NCBI GenBank assembly: GCA_024231955.1 | Contig: JAAEPZ010000538.1 | Span: 766,551-830,550 of the forward strand | Direction of reading: 5' to 3' | Length of the DNA stretch: 64,000 nucleotides | Source of the DNA: a bacterium | GTDB taxonomy: Bacteria > Krumholzibacteriota > Krumholzibacteriia > JACNKJ01 | Part shown: piece after piece, positions 1-9,970 of the stretch | How positions within the stretch are numbered: position 1 is the stretch's first letter | Layout: each line of letters begins with the position of its first letter | The notes under the pieces: generated by a model | Told to the model about the DNA's origin: nothing | The model's database searches: none | What the model saw: the letters and a program-made list of their open reading frames with translations, nothing else | Position numbers and translations under genes: made by a program

Positions 1-25
1 GGCCTGTTGCGGTCGCGATTGCCGT

Positions 26-1237
26 TTGCAGCAGGCGAAGATTCTCCGCAGTCGCGCCTTCATGGAGTCGAAACAGGATCTGTGGGACGAGGCCCTGGCC
101 TCCTGCAATGCCGCGCTGCTCCTTTCGGAGGCCTATCCCCGGGAGGTCCTCGCCATCGAGCATACGATGGGCACCATCAGCATGACGCGTGGCGATCTCA
201 CCGAGGCCCGCCGCATTTTCGAGGAGATTGTCTCTCGGGCCGATGATGAGCGGGAGCAGTATCTCCGCACCGCGGCTCTGGCCAATCTGGGCACTGTGCT
301 CTGGCGGCAGGGGGAGAGCGATGAGGCTGCGCGCTGTCTGGAGGAGAGCCTGACAATCCGCAGGCAATTGGGCCTGGTGATCGAGTATGCGCAGATACTG
401 ACGAATCTGGCCATTATCCGCATGCGCTCCGGCCGTCTTGATGATGCGCGTGAATTGTTGACGGAGGCGACCGAACTCAAAGAGCGGATCGGGGATGTGG
501 TCGGCATTGCCTCCGTCGAGATCTCGCTGGGGAACCTGGAGGCCCGCAGCGGCCGTTTCAGGCAGGCGTTGACCCATTTCGAAAAAGCGGCGAGGCTCCA
601 CTTCAAGGGGGGCAACAGGGCGCGTGCGGCCGTGGCGCTTCATAATTGCGGGGAGGCGCTACTGGAGATGGGCAAGCCGGAGGAGGCCGTGGAGCCGCTT
701 ACCCTTGCCCGGGAGATTCGTGAAGACCTCAATCTGCGCAGCGCTCTGGCCTCAACCCTGCGCACGCTGGCCCGTCTGGAATCGGCCAGGGGGAGTGTCG
801 ACAAGGCGGGGGCTCTGTTCGGCGAGGCAGCCGGGATCGCGCGGAGCGAGGGCAGTGTCGAGGATCTGATCAAGGTCGAGATCGACAGGATGAACTTCAT
901 TCTGCAATCCGACAGGCCGACGCGAGGTGCGGAGGTTCAGGCGATCCTGGATACGCTCGGCACCGAGTGCAGCGTCTGGCCGCCCCCCGTGTTCAAATTC
1001 GATATCGACCTGGTTGCCGCCGGGATCGCCCGCGCCGGAGGGCAGGTCGATGACGCCTGGAAGATTCTGATCGGACTGCTGGACAGGAACCCGCAGGACA
1101 AGGATCCCTATCGACGGGCGCGAATACTGCAGGTGATTTTGACTTCACCCTGGCCCGATTCGTATGCAGAGCGACTCACTGTCCGGCAGGCCGAATTCGA
1201 ATCCCTGGTCGCCGAAAAGGGATACGACTGCCTGTGA
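26..1237 (+). CDS. Tetratricopeptide (TPR) repeat protein. The reading frame stays open to the window edge, so the true N-terminus may lie upstream.
   Basis: 403-aa ORF made of repeated 34-residue A/L/G/E-rich helical units (LANLGTVLWRQGESDEAARCLEESL, NLAIIRMRSGRLDDARELL and similar). No stop codon between position 2 and the first Met. Confidence 0.6.
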   Translation: MQQAKILRSRAFMESKQDLWDEALASCNAALLLSEAYPREVLAIEHTMGTISMTRGDLTEARRIFEEIVSRADDEREQYLRTAALANLGTVLWRQGESDEAARCLEESLTIRRQLGLVIEYAQILTNLAIIRMRSGRLDDARELLTEATELKERIGDVVGIASVEISLGNLEARSGRFRQALTHFEKAARLHFKGGNRARAAVALHNCGEALLEMGKPEEAVEPLTLAREIREDLNLRSALASTLRTLARLESARGSVDKAGALFGEAAGIARSEGSVEDLIKVEIDRMNFILQSDRPTRGAEVQAILDTLGTECSVWPPPVFKFDIDLVAAGIARAGGQVDDAWKILIGLLDRNPQDKDPYRRARILQVILTSPWPDSYAERLTVRQAEFESLVAEKGYDCL

Positions 1238-1296
1238 TGAAAAAGCCACCGCAGGCTGGGCTGCGGCGGCTATGATGATCTTCCTCTTCCGTCCCC

Positions 1297-3006
1297 CTAT
1301 TTGAGAAGGACGAGTTTGGCCCTGTCCGAGCCGGAGGGTCCCGCCAGCCGCAACAGGTACAGACCGCTGGGCAGGTTGTGGCCGTTGTCGTCCCGCCCGC
1401 TCCACGTCAGTTGGAAATCGCCTGCGGCCTGATAGCCGTCGCGCAGTCGGCGCACCTCGCGCCCGGTGAGATCGAAAATCTCGAGAGCGATTCGACCCGC
1501 AGCCGGATGACGCACGGAGATCGTCGTCGTCGGGTTGAATGGGTTGGGGTGGATGTTGAGAAGCGGGGTTGCCGCGGGGACGGGATTTTCGGCGATGCCG
1601 GTCGGATTGAAGGTGAGGTCACCCTCGAAGAAGTAGTCGTCCAGCCAGCCCTGCATCTGTGCGCGTGAACCTGTTTTTTGCATATACACACCGGTGGATA
1701 TCCGCAGACGCCTGAAATCGGGACTGCTGTAGGGGTCCTCGAAACAGAAGTACTGATAGCCACGTTCGTCGGTGACGCGAAATTCAATGGCTGGGGGCAT
1801 GCTGCTCTGACTCACCTGGGCCCGGAGTGGCGCAGCGGCCGGGATACCGTCATGGGTCTGATCGAATATGCAGTCGCCGGCGATACAGATCTGACAGCGG
1901 ATCGCGATGCAGTCCGGCAGATTCGGGTCGGACAGCAGGCTCATCCTGATCAGATCATTCCGACCGGAGAGTTCGAGAGCGGTGATTCCGGCATTGTCTC
2001 CCGGCACCTGCGCGTCCGCCGCGAAGCCAATGCGCCAGTTCGGAGTATCACCCACGGGGCCGACGTTGAGATCCCAACTGGTCGCGTCGGTCGCGTTGCC
2101 GGACGAAGAGAAGACCATGGCATTGGCGGCGGGAGACCAGTCGAGGATCTCGTCCACAGACGCATTGACGAGGGAGAAATCATCGGAGCCATGGATGAAG
2201 TTGATCATGTGATCGCCCTCAAGCCCCAGCCAGGTCGTGGTCGCCCGGAGCCATTCTCCGCGCAGTGCGGGGTCGCCTATGGCCTCCGGCATCGCACTCT
2301 GGAAGTGGATCGCCTTGGGATAGTAGGTGTCGGTCGACACATGGCCACTCTGCCCGCCTGCGCCAGACGAACCCATGATGAAGCTGTAGGCATTCGGCAT
2401 GGGGAAAAGGTGGTCGCTCAGCATGTTCGTAAAGTCGGGCAAAGTATCGAAACTCAGGTTCGTCGGGGGGAGCGGCTCGAAGAAGAAGCAGTTCAGCGGG
2501 AGGAGGACATTGGTTTCATTGTCCAGCTGGTAATCCTCAACCGAAAGCACTTGATGTATGAAATTCTCGACTTCGGGATCGGACCCATTCAGTGAGTTGA
2601 GAATCCCCTGCCCCAGCAGCACGACCTTGCCGCCGAGGGCGAGATAGTCGCGCAACAGATTGCGCTCATCGAGCGAGAGGCTGTGCTCATCCTCGGCGGC
2701 GCAGTTCCAGATGATCAACGGGTACTGACTCAAGTCGGCCAGGGTCGGCAATTGGAGATCATCGGGTGTGGTCTGGATCTCGTAATAGTCGTACTCGATA
2801 CCCGCCGCGAGAAGGGCGTCTTCGATCCACATCTCGTAGCCTGGATCCTCAATGTAGCTCCGCCCGCGCTGGATCGGGTCCCAGTCATCATCAAAGAAAC
2901 ACAGTTTGGAGGAGACAGCGGCGCTTGTCGGTGAGGTTAACATGATCACAAGTGCGATAGCCAACAGCTGCGGCAATGCAAATCGGATGCGGCATAGACG
3001 ATACAT
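1297..3006 (-). CDS. Secreted protein with a C-terminal Por_Secre_tail (T9SS type-A-like / FlgD-Ig-like) sorting domain. The N-terminal domain is of unknown function and may be alpha/beta ThuA-like.
   Basis: Signal-peptide-like N-terminus MYRLCRIRFALPQLLAIALVIMLTSPTSAAV when started at the internal Met (3006). The C-terminus NIHPNPFNPTTTISV...SGLYLLRLAG...AKLVLLK matches the PNPFNP CTD motif. Confidence 0.65.
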   Translation of the reverse strand: MYRLCRIRFALPQLLAIALVIMLTSPTSAAVSSKLCFFDDDWDPIQRGRSYIEDPGYEMWIEDALLAAGIEYDYYEIQTTPDDLQLPTLADLSQYPLIIWNCAAEDEHSLSLDERNLLRDYLALGGKVVLLGQGILNSLNGSDPEVENFIHQVLSVEDYQLDNETNVLLPLNCFFFEPLPPTNLSFDTLPDFTNMLSDHLFPMPNAYSFIMGSSGAGGQSGHVSTDTYYPKAIHFQSAMPEAIGDPALRGEWLRATTTWLGLEGDHMINFIHGSDDFSLVNASVDEILDWSPAANAMVFSSSGNATDATSWDLNVGPVGDTPNWRIGFAADAQVPGDNAGITALELSGRNDLIRMSLLSDPNLPDCIAIRCQICIAGDCIFDQTHDGIPAAAPLRAQVSQSSMPPAIEFRVTDERGYQYFCFEDPYSSPDFRRLRISTGVYMQKTGSRAQMQGWLDDYFFEGDLTFNPTGIAENPVPAATPLLNIHPNPFNPTTTISVRHPAAGRIALEIFDLTGREVRRLRDGYQAAGDFQLTWSGRDDNGHNLPSGLYLLRLAGPSGSDRAKLVLLK

Positions 3007-3180
3007 GATATGTCCTCGATATCTGCAAGTTGGTGAACTATATGTAATTATATCATCTCCGAAATATGGGGTCAATGTCCCTGCTTGCGATGACCACGCT
3101 GAGATTGTAGAGTCTACCTGTTGGACCAGCAGGCTGCTGAAACGATACGACCCGATTTCAAGATATGAGGATGTAGAAAC

Positions 3181-5250
3181 GTGCGTGAGAATTTGATCGA
3201 CAAAGTGGAGATTCCCGAAGTCAGCGAACCCGAAGAGGGCATCACGGGGAAGTTCAAGGTTCTATTGTTCATCATCAGTAGCGTTTTGGCCCTGGTCATG
3301 CGGCTGCTCTATCTGATTCCCCTCAGGGGGAAGACCCTGTTTGATGTGCCGATGCGCGATTCCATCGTGTATGTGGACAAGGCCAGGGAGATTCTGGACA
3401 CCAGTTTCTGGGGGAGTGGCGTCAGTTTTCACAGTTCACCCCTCTATCCCTATTTCCTGGCGCTGATGATGGGTGAGGGTGATGAACCGGGTTTGTGGGT
3501 AGTGCGGGTGATTCAGGCGGTGCTCTCGGCTCTGACCGTCGGCTTTCTGGCTCTGATCGGCACGCGTCTTTTCGGCCGAGGTGCGGGTATCGCGACGGCG
3601 ATCCTGGCCATCTTCTATGCGCCGTTTCTCTTTTACAGTGGTGAACTGCTGGAGATCACCCTGACGCTCTTCTGCCTTGTGATTGCGGTCTGGCTGGGCA
3701 CGGACGAGAAACCCGATCCGAAAAAACTCCTGGGGATCGGGTTATTCCTTGGACTTGCAGCTGTCGGCAAACCGAACCTTCTGCTGCTGACGCCGGTTTT
3801 CCTGATCGGTATCGGCTTCCTCCGGCCCCTCGGACAACCGCAAGCCTGGCCCTGGAAACGGGGACTTATACTGGTCCTGGGTGTGGTTCTGGCGATAGCG
3901 CCATTCACCCTGAGGAATCGCATTGTGGGTGGCGACTGGGTACTGATCAGCAGCAACGGCGGCATCAACTTCTTCATCGGCAACAATCCCAACGCCAGCG
4001 GGGGCTTCTGGGTGCCGTCGAGCATGCAGCAGGATCTGGAGAACTCCAGCCGTCTGTTCCCCGAGAAGGTTTACGAGCGTGAGATGAAGCCGTCCGAGGC
4101 CAGCAGATTCTGGGCCGAACGCGCTTTTCACTATTACAGAACCCAACCGGGTGACGCAGCCAGGAAGAATCTGCGCAAGCTGGGGTTGTTGCTGGGCAGT
4201 TATGAGATCCCCAACCACTACAGCATCTACTTCTTCAAGGCGAATTACTCGCCTCTGTTGAGGGTGCCGCTGGTTTGGTATTCGATGGTGCTCCCGTTCG
4301 CCATGCTCGGGTTGGTTTTCGGCATGCGCCGCAAGGGCGCGGTCAGGGTCGCGGGTTGGAGCCTGATTGTTGCCGCGGCCAGTGTTGTGCTCTTCTTCGT
4401 CACCAGCCGGTACCGTCTGCCCATGTTGATCTGGATGCTCCCCTTCGCCGGCGCCGGGATCATGATCCTGCTGCGAATCCTGCAGCGACGTCGGTGGCGG
4501 TTGCTGCCGTTACCCGCGATCATTATCGTGGCCAGTCTGGTGATCCTCAACCTGCCGCTTGTGGCCCACAAGGATTTCCATGACGACTGGATCACCCTCG
4601 GCACCTATTGGGCCGGGCAGGAGAATTGGGAGAAATCGGCTCAGTACAATTCCCAGGCCCTCCGTGAAAAGAATATGAATTCGGCCGTCGCCTGGCAGAA
4701 TCTGGGCTACGCCTACTTCCGCCTGTCCCGGGACGAAAATGATCTCGACATGGCTGAGGAGTGCTTGTGGAAGGCGATCAAACTCGACCAGACCTTCGGC
4801 TATGCCTATGGGAACCTGGCCAATTTCTACTATGCCATGAACCGCATCGAGATCGCCAAGAAGTGCCTGGAGCGGGCATTCCTCCTGGATCCCAGTCTCC
4901 AGATCAAGATGAAGACCCTGCACAGCTACATCGGACCGAGAATGGCCACGTTGAATGAGCGCAACGAGTCCTTCATGAAGCGTCTGGAGGATAGTCTTGC
5001 CGACGATCCGGGCAACCTCGATCTCCACATCGACAAGGCTCACGCTCTGGCCATGCAGCTGAATCGGCTGGATGATGCTCTTGCCGTTCTGGATGCCCTG
5101 CCGTCCGATGTGGTGCAGAGGTTCCCCACTATCATTGAGCGGGAGAAAAAACTGAAGGAGCGGATCGCCAGGTCGAAAAAGTATCTGCCGATCCTGGACA
5201 CGCCGTTGCCTGCGCCCGCTCTGGCTAATCCTCGGACTCAGCAGCCTTGA
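3181..5250 (+). CDS. Membrane GT-C family glycosyltransferase (ArnT/PMT-like, GT39/83) fused to C-terminal TPR repeats.
   Basis: Multiple N-terminal TM helices with a PMT_2/ArnT-like loop pattern (FYAPFLFYSGELLEI, GLAAVGKPNLLLL). The C-terminal approximately 200 aa carry TPR-like repeats (AWQNLGYAYFRLSRDENDLDMAEECLWKAIKLD, GNLANFYYAMNRIEIAKKCLERAFLLDP). Apparent GTG start. Confidence 0.7.
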   Translation: MRENLIDKVEIPEVSEPEEGITGKFKVLLFIISSVLALVMRLLYLIPLRGKTLFDVPMRDSIVYVDKAREILDTSFWGSGVSFHSSPLYPYFLALMMGEGDEPGLWVVRVIQAVLSALTVGFLALIGTRLFGRGAGIATAILAIFYAPFLFYSGELLEITLTLFCLVIAVWLGTDEKPDPKKLLGIGLFLGLAAVGKPNLLLLTPVFLIGIGFLRPLGQPQAWPWKRGLILVLGVVLAIAPFTLRNRIVGGDWVLISSNGGINFFIGNNPNASGGFWVPSSMQQDLENSSRLFPEKVYEREMKPSEASRFWAERAFHYYRTQPGDAARKNLRKLGLLLGSYEIPNHYSIYFFKANYSPLLRVPLVWYSMVLPFAMLGLVFGMRRKGAVRVAGWSLIVAAASVVLFFVTSRYRLPMLIWMLPFAGAGIMILLRILQRRRWRLLPLPAIIIVASLVILNLPLVAHKDFHDDWITLGTYWAGQENWEKSAQYNSQALREKNMNSAVAWQNLGYAYFRLSRDENDLDMAEECLWKAIKLDQTFGYAYGNLANFYYAMNRIEIAKKCLERAFLLDPSLQIKMKTLHSYIGPRMATLNERNESFMKRLEDSLADDPGNLDLHIDKAHALAMQLNRLDDALAVLDALPSDVVQRFPTIIEREKKLKERIARSKKYLPILDTPLPAPALANPRTQQP

Positions 5251-5764
5251 TCGATTCGAACGTGTAGAAAGTACAGCCGGGTTGTCGCCAGGTCTCACGC
5301 GGCAGCCCGGCTTTTTGGCAGAGTTCGGCGAGATATTCCTCAAGATCCCATCCCCACTCGGTCGCCACCTCCGGCAGGAACAGCCCGCGCTGGCTCCCCC
5401 TCTCTATTATCAGGCCATGTTTCCCGATCTCAACCGCGGAGAGATCCTCGATCAGCTCGGGCGGAGTCAGAATGCTCAGGCTGATGTGGACACCCGGGAG
5501 TTCATCCGCCGTCAGGGGGGGGAAGCGGGGATCATTGATGGCGGCGCTCAGGGTCAGGTCGCGGAGCGTCCTGTCGAGGGATGGTTGCCGCTCCACGGTG
5601 CCGATGCAACCACGCAGCCGACGATTGATCCGCAGGGTGACGAAGAGGCCGTCAATGGGCAGATCTTCGTCGGCGGTCAACCCGGGTCCGCCGATCTCCC
5701 AGTCCTCCCCGGCCAACCATTGTTCCAGAGTCCATCTGGCCAGTCCGGGCAACTTCGTCAACAT
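5225..5764 (-). CDS. AMMECR1 domain protein.
   Basis: Conserved AMMECR1 block LRGCIGTV...GLIIERGSQRGLFLPEVA. The internal Met (MLTKLPGLARW) is the likely start. The opposite-strand ORF 5282..5932 has no motifs. Confidence 0.7.
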   Translation of the reverse strand: MLTKLPGLARWTLEQWLAGEDWEIGGPGLTADEDLPIDGLFVTLRINRRLRGCIGTVERQPSLDRTLRDLTLSAAINDPRFPPLTADELPGVHISLSILTPPELIEDLSAVEIGKHGLIIERGSQRGLFLPEVATEWGWDLEEYLAELCQKAGLPRETWRQPGCTFYTFESIKAAESED

Positions 5765-6265
5765 TGTCGAATCCAAATTATACCTCCAGGGCCGGGAATT
5801 CACCGACAGGCTAGCATGAGTTGCACTTCGGGTCACCGTAGAATCGGGTCATTCTGGATGGCCTGGACCACGGACAGGAATCCTGAAGACCTGATTCGGC
5901 TCATATGGGGTCAAATCCCCCTGTGCGTGTGAATCTGCGGGGCGTGGAGTTGAGGTGCGCTGTATCCCGCTGCCCCCTGGAGCGGCCTGCCGTGTTTCAT
6001 CGCGATTTCGGACGCTGAGTGAAATGCCCCACTGTAATCGGAATATACCCCAGCCTCTCAAAATATCTCGGATTCGGCAGGTTTTTCAATCGCTGCAATT
6101 CGCGTAATGAAATGACGCAAAGGATAGTAATCAAAGAAGATGGCCCGGTTTCGGGCATCTTGCGTTGCCGCCTGCAACCAACTTGGTGCCGCCATGGGGG
6201 GAGGACATGGCCCAGGGTCTCAAGAGTGCTATAGAGGCGGTGAACTCAATCCGAAGGAGCGGTTA

Positions 6266-6442
6266 TGTTGAAGAGCTTGACACTTGCGCTGATGGTTTCC
6301 CTGGTCTCTTTTTATGGTTTTGGCCCCCTGTCGACTTTGCTCAAAGCCGATATGCAGGCTCAGTTGAATACCGTCGTTGAAGTTTCCAATGATACTGGTG
6401 ATCCGAGTGGGATTGGCACCGATGGTACTCTGAAGCCTTAAT
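6266..6442 (+). CDS. Small (58 aa) putative secreted peptide. It is not in the supplied ORF track because it is under 60 aa.
   Basis: AGGAG lies 6 nt upstream of the ATG. The predicted N-terminus MLKSLTLALMVSLVSFYGFGPLSTLLKA is signal-peptide-like. The gene is followed immediately by a strong intrinsic terminator. It competes with the overlapping unannotatable ORF 6165..6380. Confidence 0.35.
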
Positions 6443-6494
6443 TCCTCAACATACTCCTCCTTTGGTTGAGTTTCTCCTTAATTCCCTTCCGGTG

Positions 6495-6528
6495 CGGACC
6501 CCGTCTTGACGGGGTCCGTTCTTCTTAT
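6495..6528 (+). terminator. Rho-independent terminator.
   Basis: GGACCCCG-tcttga-CGGGGTCC is a perfect 8-bp GC stem followed by gTTCTTCTTaT. Confidence 0.5.
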
Positions 6529-6584
6529 CTAGTATGTCCTGGAAGTCATTTCAGGATGTTGTGATGGGAGGCAATTCCGGATGA

Positions 6585-9440
6585 GTGTCCATGTCCGCCA
6601 GTAGCCCTTTTCCCGTTCGTCTGACGCAGATCGCCGAGGGCGCCACCGCGCGTGTTTTCGAATCCCGTGACCATCTGGGGCTGCCGGTCGCACTCAAGGT
6701 CGCCAGGGCCTCTCGCGATAACCGGACGCTGAAGCGCGAGGCGGAGATGGCGGCCCTTCTGCGGCATCCCGCCCTGTTGCGCATCCTGACGCAGGGGCAG
6801 GGTGATGATGGCCTGGCCTGGCTGATCATGCCCCTCCTCCCAGGCCGCACACTTGCGGACTGGACGGGTGCCGACAGCGAGCTGCTCGACCATCTAGCGC
6901 CTGTGGCCGATGCCCTCGACCTGCTGCATCATCTGGGTTGGGGACATGCCGACCTCAAACCCGAAAATCTGCTGCTGGCCACCGATACCTCCCGTTACCC
7001 ACTGTTGCTCGGCGATCTCGGCCTGGTGTCACGGTTGAACGCACGTGCCGGAGGTGGGAGCCCTGCCTATCTGTCCCCGCGTCGTCTCGCGGATGCACCG
7101 CTGACCTGGCGGGACGATCTCCATAGTTTCGCCGTTCTCACGTTCGAAAAACTGGCGGGGGTTCTGCCCTACAACCACGATACGGGTGATGCCCTGCTGG
7201 CCGATATCCGTCAGGGGGGACTCCGGGACCTCTCCCGTTTCCGTCCTGAACTGTCGACCGAACTCGGGCGCTTCTTCACTGCCACCCTTCTGGGCGATCA
7301 TGGCGCGACCAGCGTGATGACCTGGCTGGATGAGCTGCGCTCCCACTTCGGTCAGACGCCCGCGCCCCGCTGTCTTTTCGGTCGCGAGATACCGGAGGAG
7401 ATCCTCCATGGTTCCGATCTCCAGAGGGCGTTGACCTCCGCCCTCTATTCAGTCTCACAGACATCCGTTCAGCCGGGTCACGAGGAGTTGATCGTGATCG
7501 AGGAGTTGGCCGGCGCCGCGCCGACCCATCTGCGGATCTGTATCGAGTTCCTGCTGTCCAATCAGTGGTTGCGGGATGATGTGGGGTGGGGGCGTTTCCG
7601 TGAACCACCAGCAGTCTGGCGGTCGGAGTTGGAGCTGTTGCTGAGAGGGGGGGGCGACTGCGCCGTCACCGACCTCTCGGATCGACTGGAGGAGCTGGGT
7701 CTGAAGCCGACTGACTGTGATGAGGTATGGACTCAGGTCTGGAATGACAATTCCGAGCGGCTTGACCGACGTCTGCAGCTTGTCGGCGTAGCGCTTTCCG
7801 CAGAGCGTTTCGACTGGTTGCTCGCCTTGCCGGGCGATCATTTCTTCGTTATTGCCGATCGTGGTCCCCGGGAGACGCAGTTGGAGGTGATTAGCCAGGC
7901 GGCGATGGGGGATATCCCGTCCGAGGTGAATGCCCGCATCCGAATCTGGGAGGTCATTCGGCAGATCAGGGAGGATAATCTGGTTGCCGCCCGGACCGAG
8001 TTCTGGGCGATAGAGGAGCATCTGGATCTGGAGAGCAGCGGTGAGCTGAGCCGACTTCTGACCTATCAATTACTGGATGCAGGTCGTGTTGAGGAGGGGT
8101 TCGCGTTTCTCAGTCGCTGGCGGGAGGGGAGGAGCGCTCAACTCGCCGGGACTGAACTGGAGATACGGTTGGCCGCGAGAGAGATTACGGCTTATGCGCA
8201 ATACGGGGATGTTGAGACTGCAAGAGCGCGCGCGAAAACCTATGGGGACGCTTATGCAGGCCGCAGAGGTGAGTGGTTCTTATATATGGCTCTAGCCAAT
8301 ATTGCTACAGAGCAACGTGATATTGCTGAGTCATTAGCGCATACAAAACATGCTCTTGCTGGAGTTCAACGGGATAAGGGTGATCAGCGTATCATGATCC
8401 ATTTAATGCTCTTTCTTGCCTCGGGGTACACCTTGTGGGGGCGACAAGAGTATATGGACAGTGTTCCTGAGCTGATTGACAACGCGTTCAGTTATGCGAA
8501 TGACCTGGGTGATTCATGGTTAATATTGGAATGCCTGTCAACCAAGGGCCTTTGGGAAATGAATCATGGTAGCTTCCGAAGCTCTGAAGAATATTTTCTA
8601 CAGACGGTGAAGTTGGCGAAAGATAGCGGGCAACTCAATCGATCACCATACTATCTTTCCAATTTGGCTTTATCTGTTTTTTACCAAGGTGATTACTCCC
8701 GTATTATCTCTCTCAGTGACCAAATTCGTGATAGTCTGATTGAAGAGCAAACCCTTAAGAGCGTGCTGTCTTCCAAGGAAGTGTTATGCTTGTTCTCAAT
8801 TGCATTTGGAGATCTCCTTGATGCGGATGTAATGATTGAAGAGGCAATGCTTGCTGCCACCTCATCCAGTTCTGAACAAGCTCAAGCGAGCTTTCTATTG
8901 TTGCGTGCTATGATTGCCAGTTATCGGCTTCAGAATACAGATGCACAAAGAGATATTCTGGCATCCAAAAAGATCCATGAGGAGGCTGGGGCCAGCAGTG
9001 ATGTAATGTATTGCAGGATGATGAATTATGAATTGCAACCTGTTGATTGCCAGGATGTTGATAAGATTATCGAAGTAATTGAATTCTTCACGGCTATTGA
9101 ACGTCGTCTTCACCTTCCCCACGCCTGGCGTCTGTTGGCGCGGCATCTCAGATCGACCGGTGATCTTGAGGGTGCCGCTCAAGCTCTGACCAATGGATTT
9201 GATGTTGCCGGGGAGATGGGTAATCCTGAGGAGATCTGGCCGCTGCATGTCGAATCCTCACACCTCGCCCTGGCCGGCGACAGCAGGGGGGCGGCGCGGA
9301 CGGAACTGACTGCGGCGGCTCAGATCCTGCGCGATCTGTCCCTGCACTTCCCCGAGGGTGCAGCCCGTGATCAGTTCCTGTCTCGACGGGACAGGGCGGA
9401 TGTTCTCCAGAGACTGCAGGCACTTGGGAGGGTTGAATGA
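6585..9440 (+). CDS. Hanks-type Ser/Thr protein kinase with a long C-terminal TPR/helical-repeat region.
   Basis: N-terminal kinase motifs VALKVAR (VAIK-like), HADLKPENLLL (catalytic loop, non-RD variant), DLGL (DFG-like) and SPAYLSPRR (APE-like). About 650 aa of helical repeats follow. Confidence 0.8.
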   Translation: MSMSASSPFPVRLTQIAEGATARVFESRDHLGLPVALKVARASRDNRTLKREAEMAALLRHPALLRILTQGQGDDGLAWLIMPLLPGRTLADWTGADSELLDHLAPVADALDLLHHLGWGHADLKPENLLLATDTSRYPLLLGDLGLVSRLNARAGGGSPAYLSPRRLADAPLTWRDDLHSFAVLTFEKLAGVLPYNHDTGDALLADIRQGGLRDLSRFRPELSTELGRFFTATLLGDHGATSVMTWLDELRSHFGQTPAPRCLFGREIPEEILHGSDLQRALTSALYSVSQTSVQPGHEELIVIEELAGAAPTHLRICIEFLLSNQWLRDDVGWGRFREPPAVWRSELELLLRGGGDCAVTDLSDRLEELGLKPTDCDEVWTQVWNDNSERLDRRLQLVGVALSAERFDWLLALPGDHFFVIADRGPRETQLEVISQAAMGDIPSEVNARIRIWEVIRQIREDNLVAARTEFWAIEEHLDLESSGELSRLLTYQLLDAGRVEEGFAFLSRWREGRSAQLAGTELEIRLAAREITAYAQYGDVETARARAKTYGDAYAGRRGEWFLYMALANIATEQRDIAESLAHTKHALAGVQRDKGDQRIMIHLMLFLASGYTLWGRQEYMDSVPELIDNAFSYANDLGDSWLILECLSTKGLWEMNHGSFRSSEEYFLQTVKLAKDSGQLNRSPYYLSNLALSVFYQGDYSRIISLSDQIRDSLIEEQTLKSVLSSKEVLCLFSIAFGDLLDADVMIEEAMLAATSSSSEQAQASFLLLRAMIASYRLQNTDAQRDILASKKIHEEAGASSDVMYCRMMNYELQPVDCQDVDKIIEVIEFFTAIERRLHLPHAWRLLARHLRSTGDLEGAAQALTNGFDVAGEMGNPEEIWPLHVESSHLALAGDSRGAARTELTAAAQILRDLSLHFPEGAARDQFLSRRDRADVLQRLQALGRVE

Positions 9441-9970
9441 TACTCTCGACAACCATTTCACGCCTCCACCTCTGTTAATGGTTTAACAACTAGAGTGTGT
9501 GCCTGGTCTATGGGCTGTTTGCCATGATGCCGGGGATTCGGCTTCCAGGTTGATTTCGCGAGAATGAAACCCGCTGCGTGAGGAATAGGGATGATGATCC
9601 TGTTTAGGCGTAGTTCACATTTCGGAATTCCACTATCGACTGAAAACAGTCATGACACGGGTTGTTCGCGCGGTTGGGACAGGTTATAGCGAAAGGGGAT
9701 AATCACGTTAAAAATATGCCCTGCAACCCCTTCGGATCTGCTATAATCAACTCCGTGAACAGGTCGTTGTCCCTATTATCAGTACATGCCCCATGACCAG
9801 ATTCATTACCGGACAGGCTCCGGCAGAATCGAATTTCGGAAGCACAAATGGAATGGGCCCCGAAATTTACCTCTCCTCCGTTTGCGGGGGAGAGGTTATT
9901 TGTTGGCCGAAGGTGCGTAACGGAATACTGTGCCGTGATTGGCCGTCGTCGGTTTCCCGAAAGGTGTCGC

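Noticed and set aside
4510-5343. 277-aa minus-strand ORF and 5282..5932 plus-strand ORF.
   Set aside because: They overlap the GT-C/TPR gene C-terminus and the AMMECR1 gene respectively, and neither has motifs. The AMMECR1 motifs are on the minus strand.
6165-6380. 71-aa ORF overlapping the proposed small secreted peptide gene.
   Set aside because: No RBS, no signal or motif, and it runs through the SD and start of the better-supported 58-aa frame. It is kept only as an alternative.
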